Positions 52,951 through 64,000 of a DNA stretch of 64,000 nucleotides are shown here, piece by piece (within the stretch, counting starts at the first letter, position 1; the number at the start of each line of letters is the position of its first letter). The notes under the pieces are model-generated. The model did not search any database. It was not told where the DNA came from and saw only the letters and a list, made by a program, of their open reading frames with translations. The stretch is from Epiperipatus broadwayi (Eukaryota > Animalia > Onychophora). A program made the translations under genes and the position numbers. The stretch covers positions 4,588,001 to 4,652,000 of the forward strand of contig JAQFVV010000002.1 in NCBI GenBank assembly GCA_028023455.1, given 5' to 3'.

Positions 52951-55129
52951 AACAATTTTTGTTTTTATAATAATAGATTGTTCTTCTATTATCTTCTTTA
53001 TATTTTTATAATTTCTCTTTAATTGGAGTAACACTTCATCTTAATACATGTGTTGTTTGTAAGCAATTTTAAAAGCTTTTTTTTTTTTTTTCAAAAAATA
53101 AGATTTCTTATCAAGACAATTGCAAATGAGATCCAAGTGAAATATTGTTACAATAATATTGTTAATTACAATGGAAAAATTTGGAATATATAACTTTTAT
53201 ATCTATTACATATAAAAAAAAACTGCATTTTAACATAATAAACCAATATGGATAAATCATGTTTAAACTAGCTTAGCAGGTTTCAAAAATCTGGGATTAA
53301 AAACTGTTAAGTTAAATTTGTGATTTGGCTTTTCTCTTAGTGCAGAGAATCAATATAATATAATCACTTTTTATAATGATAAGATTCATGTATGAACTGT
53401 CAGTTTAACAGACTTCTAAGAACAAAGAGGATTATTCTAATATCATTCTGCAGTAAAAGTTGACACAACTGATAAATTATTATTAGAAATTTGATTATTT
53501 ATTTGCAAAACTATAGCCTAGTTTTGATCATATTGCAAACCAAAATCTCATTACAGATGGCCTTAAAATCTGCAAGCAATACTAAAAATACAATTTTTAA
53601 ATAGTACACTTATGAAACAAAAAATTTTTACTTCTATAAAAAACTTTTAATTTTGTTTTAAATCTTTTTTAAAAAATTACTTGTACTTTGGAAACAACTC
53701 TTGAAAAAATAGACTCCTCAACAGCTGATATAATGAAAGCTGAGGTCTGCAACATTTTTAAAATCTTCTTTTAAAAACAATATTTCAAAAAAAGTAATGC
53801 TATCAACATCAGCATTACAATGAGACAAATCTATAATTGTATTTTTAACAAACAAAGGTAATGCCAGTGTTATTATGGATTGTGGCACCTAAAATAATAA
53901 TATCTTGCTATATTTAAAGATATACTTTATTTACATAAGTGTTATAATTTAGCATGGCTAGGATTTTATTGAGAATGCATTAATTATCTGAATTAAATAA
54001 CAAAAGTTATTATTTGTAACCACTGATTGTCAGAGAAAAAAACTATATATCTAAAAAAAAATATTCTATTTGACTCATAATCTACAGATTATCAAAAATG
54101 TATAAAATAGATACTCTATTTAGTCTAAGGTATTGAACTAGAATTTTCTACTCACACTTTAACCAGGTATATAATAAATGTAATAAAATCTATAAAACCA
54201 TTTTTAAAATTATGCATAAAAATATTTAAAACGTTTTATTTCTTTATTAAAATTGAAAATTTAAAGTAAATAATATTCTCATTACTCTTGGATGTGACAT
54301 TTTTTTATTTATAAACATCCTGATAAATAAAATTTTCAGTATACTAACATATATCACTTTAATCTTTCAGTAAATATTATTGTCTTGACTGAACATTGAT
54401 TACAGAATAATTATTTTGTGCAAAATGGAAAACATTTTAAACAAATATCATCACTCTAATGGGTTTCTTTATGAAGATACAAAAATATGTGCTTTGTAAA
54501 CAGCTTTTAATATACCTGATTCAGATCTATTTTATTTGAAACATTTGTTTTCTGAATTATGTAGTAAAGATTTGTTTTCACACATAAATAATATCCATTA
54601 TCAAATTAAACTTTCAATGCAAATGGATAATGAAAAAAAATCTTTTTTGATATATAGGCTTCGCCAAAACAAAATATTTTGTAATTTTCTGTTTTCAGAA
54701 AAACATCACAGAAACAGATAATTAAGATATTTATCTCCTCCCACAGGTCAGATTTCAGCAAAAACTCTTCATCAAAGCAGTTAATATTCAAACATTTTTT
54801 TCTAAAGATAGAAATGTTATATTATCTATATTTTGCTAAGTAATGGTTGTAATAAAAGGATAACAAATAAATCCTTAACCCAGTAGCAAATCAATGATAA
54901 TAATAATAATGAAAAACACTAAAGAAAAACAATTGTTGCTGGAGGTTGTATTTTATGTAAAAGAAACTACATGCCATATTAGACATATTCTGAAATATTG
55001 TAACACAAAAATTACATAAGTTATTAATAAAAAAATTAATAACATTCTATTCAAATCTGATATAAGAGCTTTTTAGCATGGGTATGAAAAATTATCACAT
55101 CAGTGCTAAGTGAGAGTAATAGGTTTATG

Positions 55130-55330
55130 TGACAAAACTACAAATCATCACCATAACTTTCCCTTCATATTGCAACTAATCATACTATAGATTTTTTAGC
55201 ACTATGATCATAAACAAATGACACATATCACCAAATAAAATCAGAGAGGCCATTAGAATTTTTAGAAGACTAGGCTGTATTAATAAATATGGTGATACAT
55301 AAAAATTACCCTTGATTTGGAAAAAAATAT
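55130..55330 (+). mobile_element. Penelope-like element C-terminal remnant (second copy)
   Basis: NHTIDF...KIREAIRIFRRLGCINKYGDT*KLPLIWKKI, matching KIREAIEI....INRD.G..L...W..I. Shares aatcagagaggccat with ~52899. Confidence 0.65.
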
Positions 55331-55650
55331 CTTAAAGCTTATTATATTAAAAATCAGATTATCACCATTTATCAGCCTCCTCTCCCCAATGTCTCCACAT
55401 AAAAAAGTAATTTTAAATTAAATAGGTACTAGGCATTTATTTTTTCACCTATTGGTTCATCACCTAGACATTTATTCTTATTCTACATGTTACTTGTAAC
55501 ACTTCTGCAAAGTGTTTAAATGACATTAATATAACTAAAACATTAGTCCAGTATTATAATTAAATGCACAAGAATGAATCTTGATAATATATCTTTTATT
55601 TCAATTGTTTAAGAAAACTTTCACCTTAATATAAATATATTATAATTTAA

Positions 55651-56015
55651 TCTAAACAAGCTCTTTTTTAATTTTTTAATGATAAATGCTACTCCAAAAG
55701 AAGGAATTTAAATCATCTTTATCTAGGATTGTCCCCATCTCCAAATCAGTTTTGAGCTATGGCTCTCTTCAGTGAGAAGCTAGGAGACCAGATTCACAAA
55801 AACCAACTCAAGACAAGCATTTATCTAATGCTTAGCTTGAGTTGATTTTTTGAATCTGGTGTTCTAGCTCATCATTGAAGAGCACATAGTTCCTCACTGA
55901 AATGAGCCATAGCATGAAAACAGTGGATGGGGTCAATTTTAGAGAAAGATGATTTGAATGCCTTCTCTTGTAGTAGCATTTATCATTAAAAAATTTTTAA
56001 AAAGCTTGTTTAGAG
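55651..56015. mobile_element. 365-bp whole-length palindrome (foldback/MITE-like)
   Basis: Arms pair from tctaaacaagct (55651) / agcttgtttaga (to 56015) inward to a central aagcatt-tatct-aatgctt. The right arm carries one extra ~20-bp subunit. Confidence 0.9.
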
Positions 56016-57639
56016 CTTATTAGCACTCTTAATTTTATACATTTGTAAATACAAGCTATATGTATAAGTCATGTGACATCTAACTTTCTATAGCACTAAT
56101 ATTATAATTTATAGGAATTTTTTTGAAATGAAAATTTATAATATTAAATTTAAAAAATTACTGATGATTTTGCAAAATCTTTGCCTTCAATTGTAAAAAG
56201 GATATAGAAAGTTATAAAAAATATAATTGAGAATTATAAAAAGAAATAGAACATTTAAAATTATAGTATAAAATAAAACAAGTAAATAAAACATTTTTGT
56301 CCAATTATAATAAAAATAATAATTCACCACATCACATTACTGCACTAAGAAAAATAAAAAGGAAAAAGAATAAGATCATTGATTTATGCAGATTTTAAAG
56401 TCAATATAAATATTTATTATGCAATTAATACAATAATCAGAAATATTGTTAGGAAATATAAATTTAAGATCAACATAAATCCTGGGTACAAAAAGAAAAT
56501 GAATTTGTAGCAATTATTAAATAAAAATAAAATCAATAAGATGAACAATATAAATATAGTATATATAATATAATGTACACAATGTTAAAAGGAAAATAAA
56601 TATATTTCAGACATTATATTAACGAAGAAAAAATTAAAACCAACAAAAAAACATAATTAAATTAAAAATTTCCAATATATATATTTATGCTTACAAAATA
56701 ATGCAAATAATATGATTATATCATTAAAATGAGGGAAAATATACTAAATAATCAAGAAATACCTTCGCATTTTCAACCACACATGCTTTAGGTTTATTGC
56801 CTTAGTAAATATTACTTATATATAAAACATAAAAGACAAATCTTAAATAAAATGAATGGAGGGAAATATACTATTTAATTATTTATATGTGAAAAAAATA
56901 AACACAAAATTGTGAATTTATTATTACAGAAAAAAATAAATAAAATCTAAATAATAATGAGAGAGAAAAAATGACTAGCAAAATTTTAAAAGTGAAGAAA
57001 GAGAATACAAAAAATTATATTTGTTTATAATGATTTTAAAATTTTAATTTTAATTTATAGATTTTAATGTGTTCTTTGATAAACGTAATGACAAGTATGC
57101 ATATAGTAAAAATAATCAATGTATACTATCAGATTAACTGTAGGTCAAAGTATTAAAAAATAAAGAAATTATGTTGATCATGTTTAGTTTTCTTTTCACT
57201 TGATCCATGGATAATGGAGATCTTGAATACAAAGAACTATATAACCATGGCAACCTAATGCTTTAAAATAACATTGTTTACTGCTAAGTCTAGTTTTAAA
57301 ATCCTAAATCTATGATCATCAATCTCAGAAAAAAATATAAACAGATAAATAAGTAAATAGATTTTGGAAATAGTTAAGTGTATCATAAAAGATTATTTGA
57401 ATAAAATCAATATTATTATTAAGTATTACACATTTCCATTTCTATTATTGCAATCACCATAGCAACACCTATTACACAATTAAATGTTTTATGTTTTACA
57501 TATATTTGTTTGTAAATTAATTTGGGGAAAAATTATTATTAAAAAACATATGTAAAAATATTTATATCCATTAAAATATATTGGAATTATAATAGAAATT
57601 CTTTATTTTGGTTTAAAAATGAAAAATCATATCGAACTT

Positions 57640-57830
57640 GCACTTCATTTTCATTGTATCTAATTCTTTTAAAGTCTCCATTTCACTTACAAATTGGAGG
57701 CAAAATTTACTTGAACAAATTGTTCATCATCGAGTTAAATTCATGTGATATCCAACAGTTATTATAATAACTATAATGTCATCAAGAGTATCTTATAAAT
57801 AGAACCGAGACATTATAATTTGAGTTATCA
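57640..57830 (-). mobile_element. Penelope-like RT remnant
   Basis: Minus strand RY-DDIIVII...LQFVSEMETLKELD, resembling the PLE RT pattern RYVDDI..I...I.FT.E.E...FLD. Confidence 0.45.
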
Positions 57831-60800
57831 TTTTGTCATTGTATAAAATGGATACATTTTTCTCCATCTTTAAAAATTTATTAAATTTTATTGTTTCAGT
57901 GGGTAATTGATAAAGCTATGGAAGAATAAAAGTTTTAACTATCTGCCTGTTCAATGGGGCAGCTTACTGATGAAATTCTAGGGGAAGTGACAAAAATGTG
58001 GAAGAAAAACCCATAAAAATGCATTGTATTGCAGGTCAGCTATATAAATATATTCTGTGGTTTAAAAATCCAGAATTGCATTCATTTATTTGTGATGGAT
58101 GTAAACTCCATTATGTTTCTAAGGATATCATATTTCAGATCAAGAAATTCTACAGGATCAGTTAACTCAACTTATGTATGATAATAAGCAATCTAAACTT
58201 CACTTTCATAAGTCAAAAAAGGGGGGAAAGCTAGTATTGATTATAACTGGATCGTGTCATTAAAGGAATTCTCTTTAACATTATTATCAATGAAAAAAAT
58301 TAAAGCCAGTGATGCATAATTTTGCATCTGTTATTTTTGAAAACTGGATATTTATATACTTAAAAAAACACATTGGAAATTAAATGCAAAAGGAATTGAA
58401 TTCAATTCTGCATTAGTTCTTCTTTACTCAAAGAAAAATCATCTCTAAACCTTAGGATTGGAAATAAAGAACTGGAAGCTACAATGGATCAGTGGATAGT
58501 GAGTGAAAGAGCACAAACCTTTGCTTATATGGTATGATTTCTATGCATATATGTATATATATTTTTTTTGGTAAAGAAAAGAAAGTATTTACATTTTACT
58601 GTAAAAACATAGGTAAATAGTATATATGGGTGTGATAGAATTCATGCTATAAAAGGGTTGGAGAGATTCATTTAGTTCTTATTATTTAGGCTTTTATCTG
58701 ATGATATAAGCTAATACAGCCTGATGTTTCAAATATTTATTTTTTGTATGTCCAAAATTTAACTTGAGAATATCAAATATAAAAGGGTTTAAATATAACA
58801 TTTTTGTTTAATTATTTAGAAATTACTCTAATGAAGTAATAGAAATCAATTTTTATTTGATCACATTTTTTTTCATTACCTGTCATATTTAAAATCTCAG
58901 AAAGATATTAAAATCTCTCCTTCCATTTTTTATAAATTGTATTATTGTCTTGCAGCATGTTTTTTTGGAGTTCCACATACATAGATTTTATTATTTTTAT
59001 TGATTTTAGTCTATTGCCAAACTTTGATTGATGTTCTGTTATATTTTTTATTACTGTTATTAATTTTTATTATAAACCAATAAATTTAGAGTTGATATAA
59101 AATCCAATGAATCTGTTTAATTCTTTCTTTTGAATGTGCAAGATACTTTTGGCATTTAAAATTTAGTCCAAGATCAAACTCATCTTAGTAAGTGAAGTAG
59201 AATTAGATATATGTATGTTTTCATACATCATTTTTTCAAAAAATTCAATTACATATAAATTTTACATTTGTTACTGCATTTAAATATTTGTTTATTTATC
59301 TAAGTCAATATTACTAGCAAAATAATTTTATTAGTTTAGAGTTGATTATTTATTTGCTTATCTTGTCTGGTTATGAAAATCTTAATAGATTGCATTCTGC
59401 CATTAGCCAGAATGACTTATCTTAACTACTTTTTAAATTTCTTTGAAGTGAAGATCATAAATTTCATTAACTAGCATAACTGAATATTATCTTTGGCTTA
59501 GATAATTGCCAATTATTGTCATATATAGCTTAATTGTTACAAAGTTCATTTTATAATCGATTGATTGGATATTTAAGAAAATGAATAATATCAATGATTG
59601 TAAGTCAGTAAATGTCCAATAGAAATATAGGGTATATTTTATATAATTGATTTGGTACTGCAAAATGTGAAATTAACTAATATATTTATTGATAAATTCT
59701 TGTGGAATATTTCATTTTTAAATATAACTGAACTAATAATTGTGGATCAATCTACTGCAGGGTATGAATGAAATGTTTATATTATATTTAATGTTTTATT
59801 AAAAGAGATGTAAAATTGAGTAAAGGTTCAGTTTATTTAAATATTATAAATAGCATGTAGATTTATAAAATGTTTTCAAAATGTAATTACAATTAATGTC
59901 AGAATTTAGTTAGTTATTGATTTGAATTGAGTTTCATTCAATTATTGATTAAATAAATATCTCAAGCATACTTCATAGTTTAGCGCAATAATATACGATT
60001 TCACGTCTCATTGCAGTTTACTTTGGAATTGTGAATGGATTTGTTGATATATGGAGTAATGATCAAGTTTGCTGTATTTCATTTTAAATACTATCTGAAT
60101 AAATTATATTTTTATAGGGATTATTATTAGTATTTTATGATAGTGTAGTGGACAATCTAAATAATTATGTATGGAAAATATTGTTATTGCCTAGTGTGAT
60201 CGATAACTGAGCTACATAAATTTACACTGGTTCTAACAGTTACTATTTGTTAATGCATGTTTTGCTCTTTGATAAATAATATAAATCTTGAAGGCATTTC
60301 TTCATGACAAATGTTGATTGAATAAATGTAGAGAGATAGTGACATAGAAAATTCATTATTATTGTGACAAAGTAGCTAGCTATCCAATGCTAGCCGATGA
60401 TGATCACGTCCAAGTGGTAATTATTACAAAATGCCAAATCAACTTTAAGGTTGTTATAAAGTAGCATTCCACATTTAGGTTAGATCTATAGTATTATGAG
60501 TGACATTTCAATTCTTAAACATAGTAAAGTTTATTATATTATTATCCCATATTATAATCAATAGCGCAGTACAAAATAGTGTCCCACAATTGAGCTAGAT
60601 TTTAATCAGATTAGATTAATCATCTCCCCAGCATCATCATTTTTTATCACATTACAATACATTGCAGAGATTGAAAGATTGCAAATGTAATTCATCAATC
60701 ACTCACTTTAATATGCATAGGCAAATATAAATAGAGAAATGTTTATAATAGAGCATAAGATAAAAAATCAAAATCATTTATTTATTTAGACTTACAAATA

Positions 60801-62021
60801 TTTTTAAATTCTTGAATGCCATGGAAATCAGGATAAATCTCTCTACATATTACATTTAGCCTATGATCCAACACATAGAAAACATTGATCCTAAGTCTGG
60901 ACAAAATTGTTATATTTGTCAAATTAATAGAAATATGAAATGCAGAACTTCCCTTAGTTATTGTTGCTTATAAGCTTTTATCAATCCCAAAATAAGATAC
61001 ATAAATGGATAAATGAATGATTGAATTGAAATGAGAACCAAAAAAAAATTATTTATATAAATACAAGTAATATAACAAATGAAAATTTAATAATAAAAAA
61101 ATAAATACCTAAATACTTGATAAATATACAGTTTAAAATCTCCTACTACATTGCTCTATAAAAAAATTATTTATATATTTCTTTAATGCTCTCTAGTATT
61201 TTCAAAAGAAATAAGATAATTAAATGTGTCAAGAAATTTTGCATACATAAATTTACTCTAAACTGATGACACATGCTAAATTGTGCTCTGAAATCTTTCA
61301 TCATTAAGATTGTGTTTTATGTGTGATATATTATTTGTGAATATTTTTATTTATGAATTTGGATAAAGATATTGAATGAATATTTGAAACTATTTGTTCT
61401 TTAAATATTTTCTTTTAAAAAATTGGCATTACAGAACACAATATTTATTTTTTATATCTGCACTTTATTTCACATATAAGACAAACTAAGACACATACTG
61501 CTAAGAATATTAACATGAGAAACATATTATAAATATCATATATGTAAAATATTGCTTTGGCTATGGTAAGATTAATAATGGAACAAATTTATTACTGCCA
61601 TATCTATTTTATAATGCCATGTTTAATATAATTAGAAAATATATTCTTCATTAATCAAATTAAAAAGATTTTTGATAATAAAAAATATATCTGCCTAATT
61701 TCAACAAAAAATAAATATAATTTAATATGCAGGTTATGCCATTATTTTGTTTCTTTGGTAAATGCATAATCATAAAAAGAAAAAAACAGATGTATTAGTA
61801 AAAAATATTTATAATTATGTGTGAGTTTTTAAATTTAAATTCACGATTTTATCATTAGAATTATTTCTCTTTTTTCTTTTTTGTTTTTTATAACACTACT
61901 GTAGAGTATTTGAACAAATATAATTTAACTAAAACAAAATATTTTGTTTTCTATTTAATGGTAATTACAATAAATAAAATTAATAAAATATTTTGTCATT
62001 TTGTATTGAATTATCTTATCA

Positions 62022-62807
62022 TTATCAACCATTATCAATCCATTGCAGAATGAAGGTCTCTCCAAGTTCATTCCATTTTCTCTTCTCCACATCACCCCTG
62101 CACATTTTCTTCATCCATCTCACATGTGGTCTCTTCCTGGGTCTTTTACAATCTCTTGGAATCCAGTTTAAGATTTCAATTGTCCATCTATTATCATCTT
62201 TTCTAGCAATATGTCCAATCCAACTCCACTTCAGTCTTTTAATTTTTATCAATGATGTCAGTAACACCTGTTTGTTCTCTTATCCACATATATTGTTTTC
62301 GATCTCTTCTTGTTACCCAACATGCATCTCTCCACACTTCTTTGAGTCATCTGAAGTCTCTGTATAGTTCTTTAATTAAGTGTCCAAGTCTCAGATCCAT
62401 AAGTAAGAACTGGTAAACACATTTATTAAAAACCTTCCTTTTCAAACACAGGCATATTTTCTTTTAGTATCAAGTTATTTCTACCAAAAGCACTCCAACC
62501 AAGTTTATTCTATGATTAGTTTTATCCATTATGTTTCCATCTGTATTAATAATCTGACCAAGGTATTTGTAACTGTTAACTTCTTCTAACTCATCATAAT
62601 CGATCTTTATTTTCATATTTTGAGAAAATCCATTAAACATTACTTTAGTCTTTTTAACATTTATCTTTAGTCCTACTTTCCTACTTTCATCTGATAGCTC
62701 CTGTAACATTTCCTGCAGCTTTAAAGCATTATTTGCAAAAACAACTACATCATCTGCAAAATCTAAATGATTTAAATAATCTCCATTTACTTTCACTCCT
62801 TTAGCAT
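62022..62807 (-). mobile_element. 5'-truncated RTE-clade LINE 3' end (RT C-terminus), relatively young
   Basis: Track ORFs 62470..62796 (DFADDVVVF, GLKINVKKTKVM, YKYLGQ) and 62025..62267 (KWSWIGHIARKDDNRWT...RPRKRP..RW; ETFILQW). GATAAT-type simple tail at ~62022-62040. Confidence 0.93.
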
Positions 62808-63083
62808 TTTTTTTTATCCTTGAATCTGATGTTGTTCTCCATTCTCAGGATATATATCAATATCACATTTCATGAGTGGCTTTGTTTTAGCCAATGTTTG
62901 CAACTATTTTAAATTGTATTTGTAGTCACAGATTTTGTAAACCAGTCATGAGAGGCAGATACTTTTAAATTTTAGTTAACTTTCCACAGTTCAATGGAGA
63001 CATAGTTACTAAAACAAAAGAGATACTTCCCCAATTTCTTGCTGCTATTTCTAACCTGCTATCATATTTTTAAGTAATCCATT

Positions 63084-63382
63084 AATTTACATTCGAATAT
63101 CAGCCTTTCAAGCTAATTGTGCAAACGCTTTGCGAGTGTTAATAATAAATGAATACATTCTCACCAATACAAGATATAGTATTTATGCAGGAATAAAAAG
63201 GAATCATCTTATTCTTACGACTCAAATATTTATATATGAGCAAATCTGAAGTACTGGCAAAGAAAGTGTGATGATAGAACAGTTTCCCCATGTGTCATAG
63301 CATCATCCGGGAAGCGAACCCACTAAACCAGGACATCTGCTTAAAAGCAGCTGTCACTGACCTCTCGATCACCAATGCTTGA
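63084..63382 (-). mobile_element. tRNA(Ser/Leu)-derived SINE with a LINE-like tail
   Basis: Minus strand: A-box-like GGTGATCGAGAGGTC, stem CTGC-ttttaa-GCAG, variable-arm-length spacer and B-box-like GGGTTCGCTTCCC (63307-63379). The tail AAAGCGTTTG...GAAAGGCTGATATTCGAATGTAAAT resembles L2-type SINE/LINE ends. Confidence 0.5.
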
Positions 63383-63399
63383 CAAAAATATTTTATTTA

Positions 63400-63773
63400 T
63401 TGTTAATAAACAAATGTTTGTCAGTTTTGTCACTTTTTTCTCTTCTGTTTAATATCAAAATGAATATTACTTTTATGTTTATCATCATCATTTTCAACCA
63501 TTATTGATCCACTGTGGGACTCAGCTTATCTATCAGCCATATTCGCTCAATCTCCCTTCATGCAATTTTTTTAAAATCTCTCAAATGAAAAAAAATTTCC
63601 CTTTTTTTTTTGCAGACTTAGAAGCGGTGAAGAAAATAACAGAAGCTATTAAAAGGCATCACTATGCAAGTATTTCAGGATCACTTTGAAAAATGAAAGA
63701 TTAAATTTATAACACTTAAAAATAAACATTTTTTTATTATAAAATTCCAGTTATTTTGGAGTCCCCCCTTGTA
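63400..63773 (+). mobile_element. Mariner (DD34D) remnant with right TIR and TA
   Basis: Track ORF 63504..63689 QPYSLNLPSCNFF resembles PPYSPDLAPCDFF. Ends in aaattccagttattttggagtccccccttg|ta, a mariner-type TIR followed by TA. Confidence 0.75.
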
Positions 63774-64000
63774 TAATTAAAATAAAAAATATATAAGAAT
63801 TTATAAAAAAAACTTAGTTAAGAAATATTCATATATGGAAATAAAACAATCTTAAATAAAAGAAATGAAAAAAATATAATGTATAATATTTATAATAAAA
63901 AAAAGATTAGGTGGATGGACAGGGATGAGATACATAACGGAAAAAAGCATTTGCTATTATAGAAAAAAAAAATTAAAAAAATAATAATGAGAGAGGAGAA

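Noticed and set aside
41425-54791. Numerous 60-120 aa F/I/L/K/N/Y-rich ORFs as host genes
   Set aside because: Composition expected by chance in very AT-rich DNA or antisense to decayed LINEs; no domains and no consistent splice structure.
63307-63382. Functional tRNA gene
   Set aside because: No acceptor stem pairing and a degenerate B-box (TTCGCTT); treated as a SINE head.

Overview
Very AT-rich, CpG-poor eukaryotic DNA (probably an invertebrate animal; the species cannot be assigned from sequence alone). No host protein-coding gene, rRNA, functional tRNA or CRISPR array could be supported. Every recognisable ORF in the track is a transposable-element fragment, and the rest look like chance ORFs. 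The window is mostly layered TE remnants: L1/Tx1-like, RTE-like and other LINEs, Penelope-like fragments, tRNA-derived SINEs, mariner remnants, a TIR element and a 365-bp palindrome. The main structure is a ~4.3-kb block present twice (2519-6864, and 7365-8516 plus 12663-16029) on either side of a 500-N gap. The second copy carries a 4.15-kb 5'-truncated, nearly intact L1/Tx1-like retrotransposon that the first lacks, most likely two haplotypes (empty and filled site) assembled in tandem. I found no convincing new multi-gene system. The best leads are this insertion, a GC-rich 1.39-kb element with 38-bp TIRs in a TA-rich site, the palindrome, and a 23-bp repeat array in a LINE 5' region. Motif translations and alignments were done by eye, so boundaries of decayed elements are approximate.
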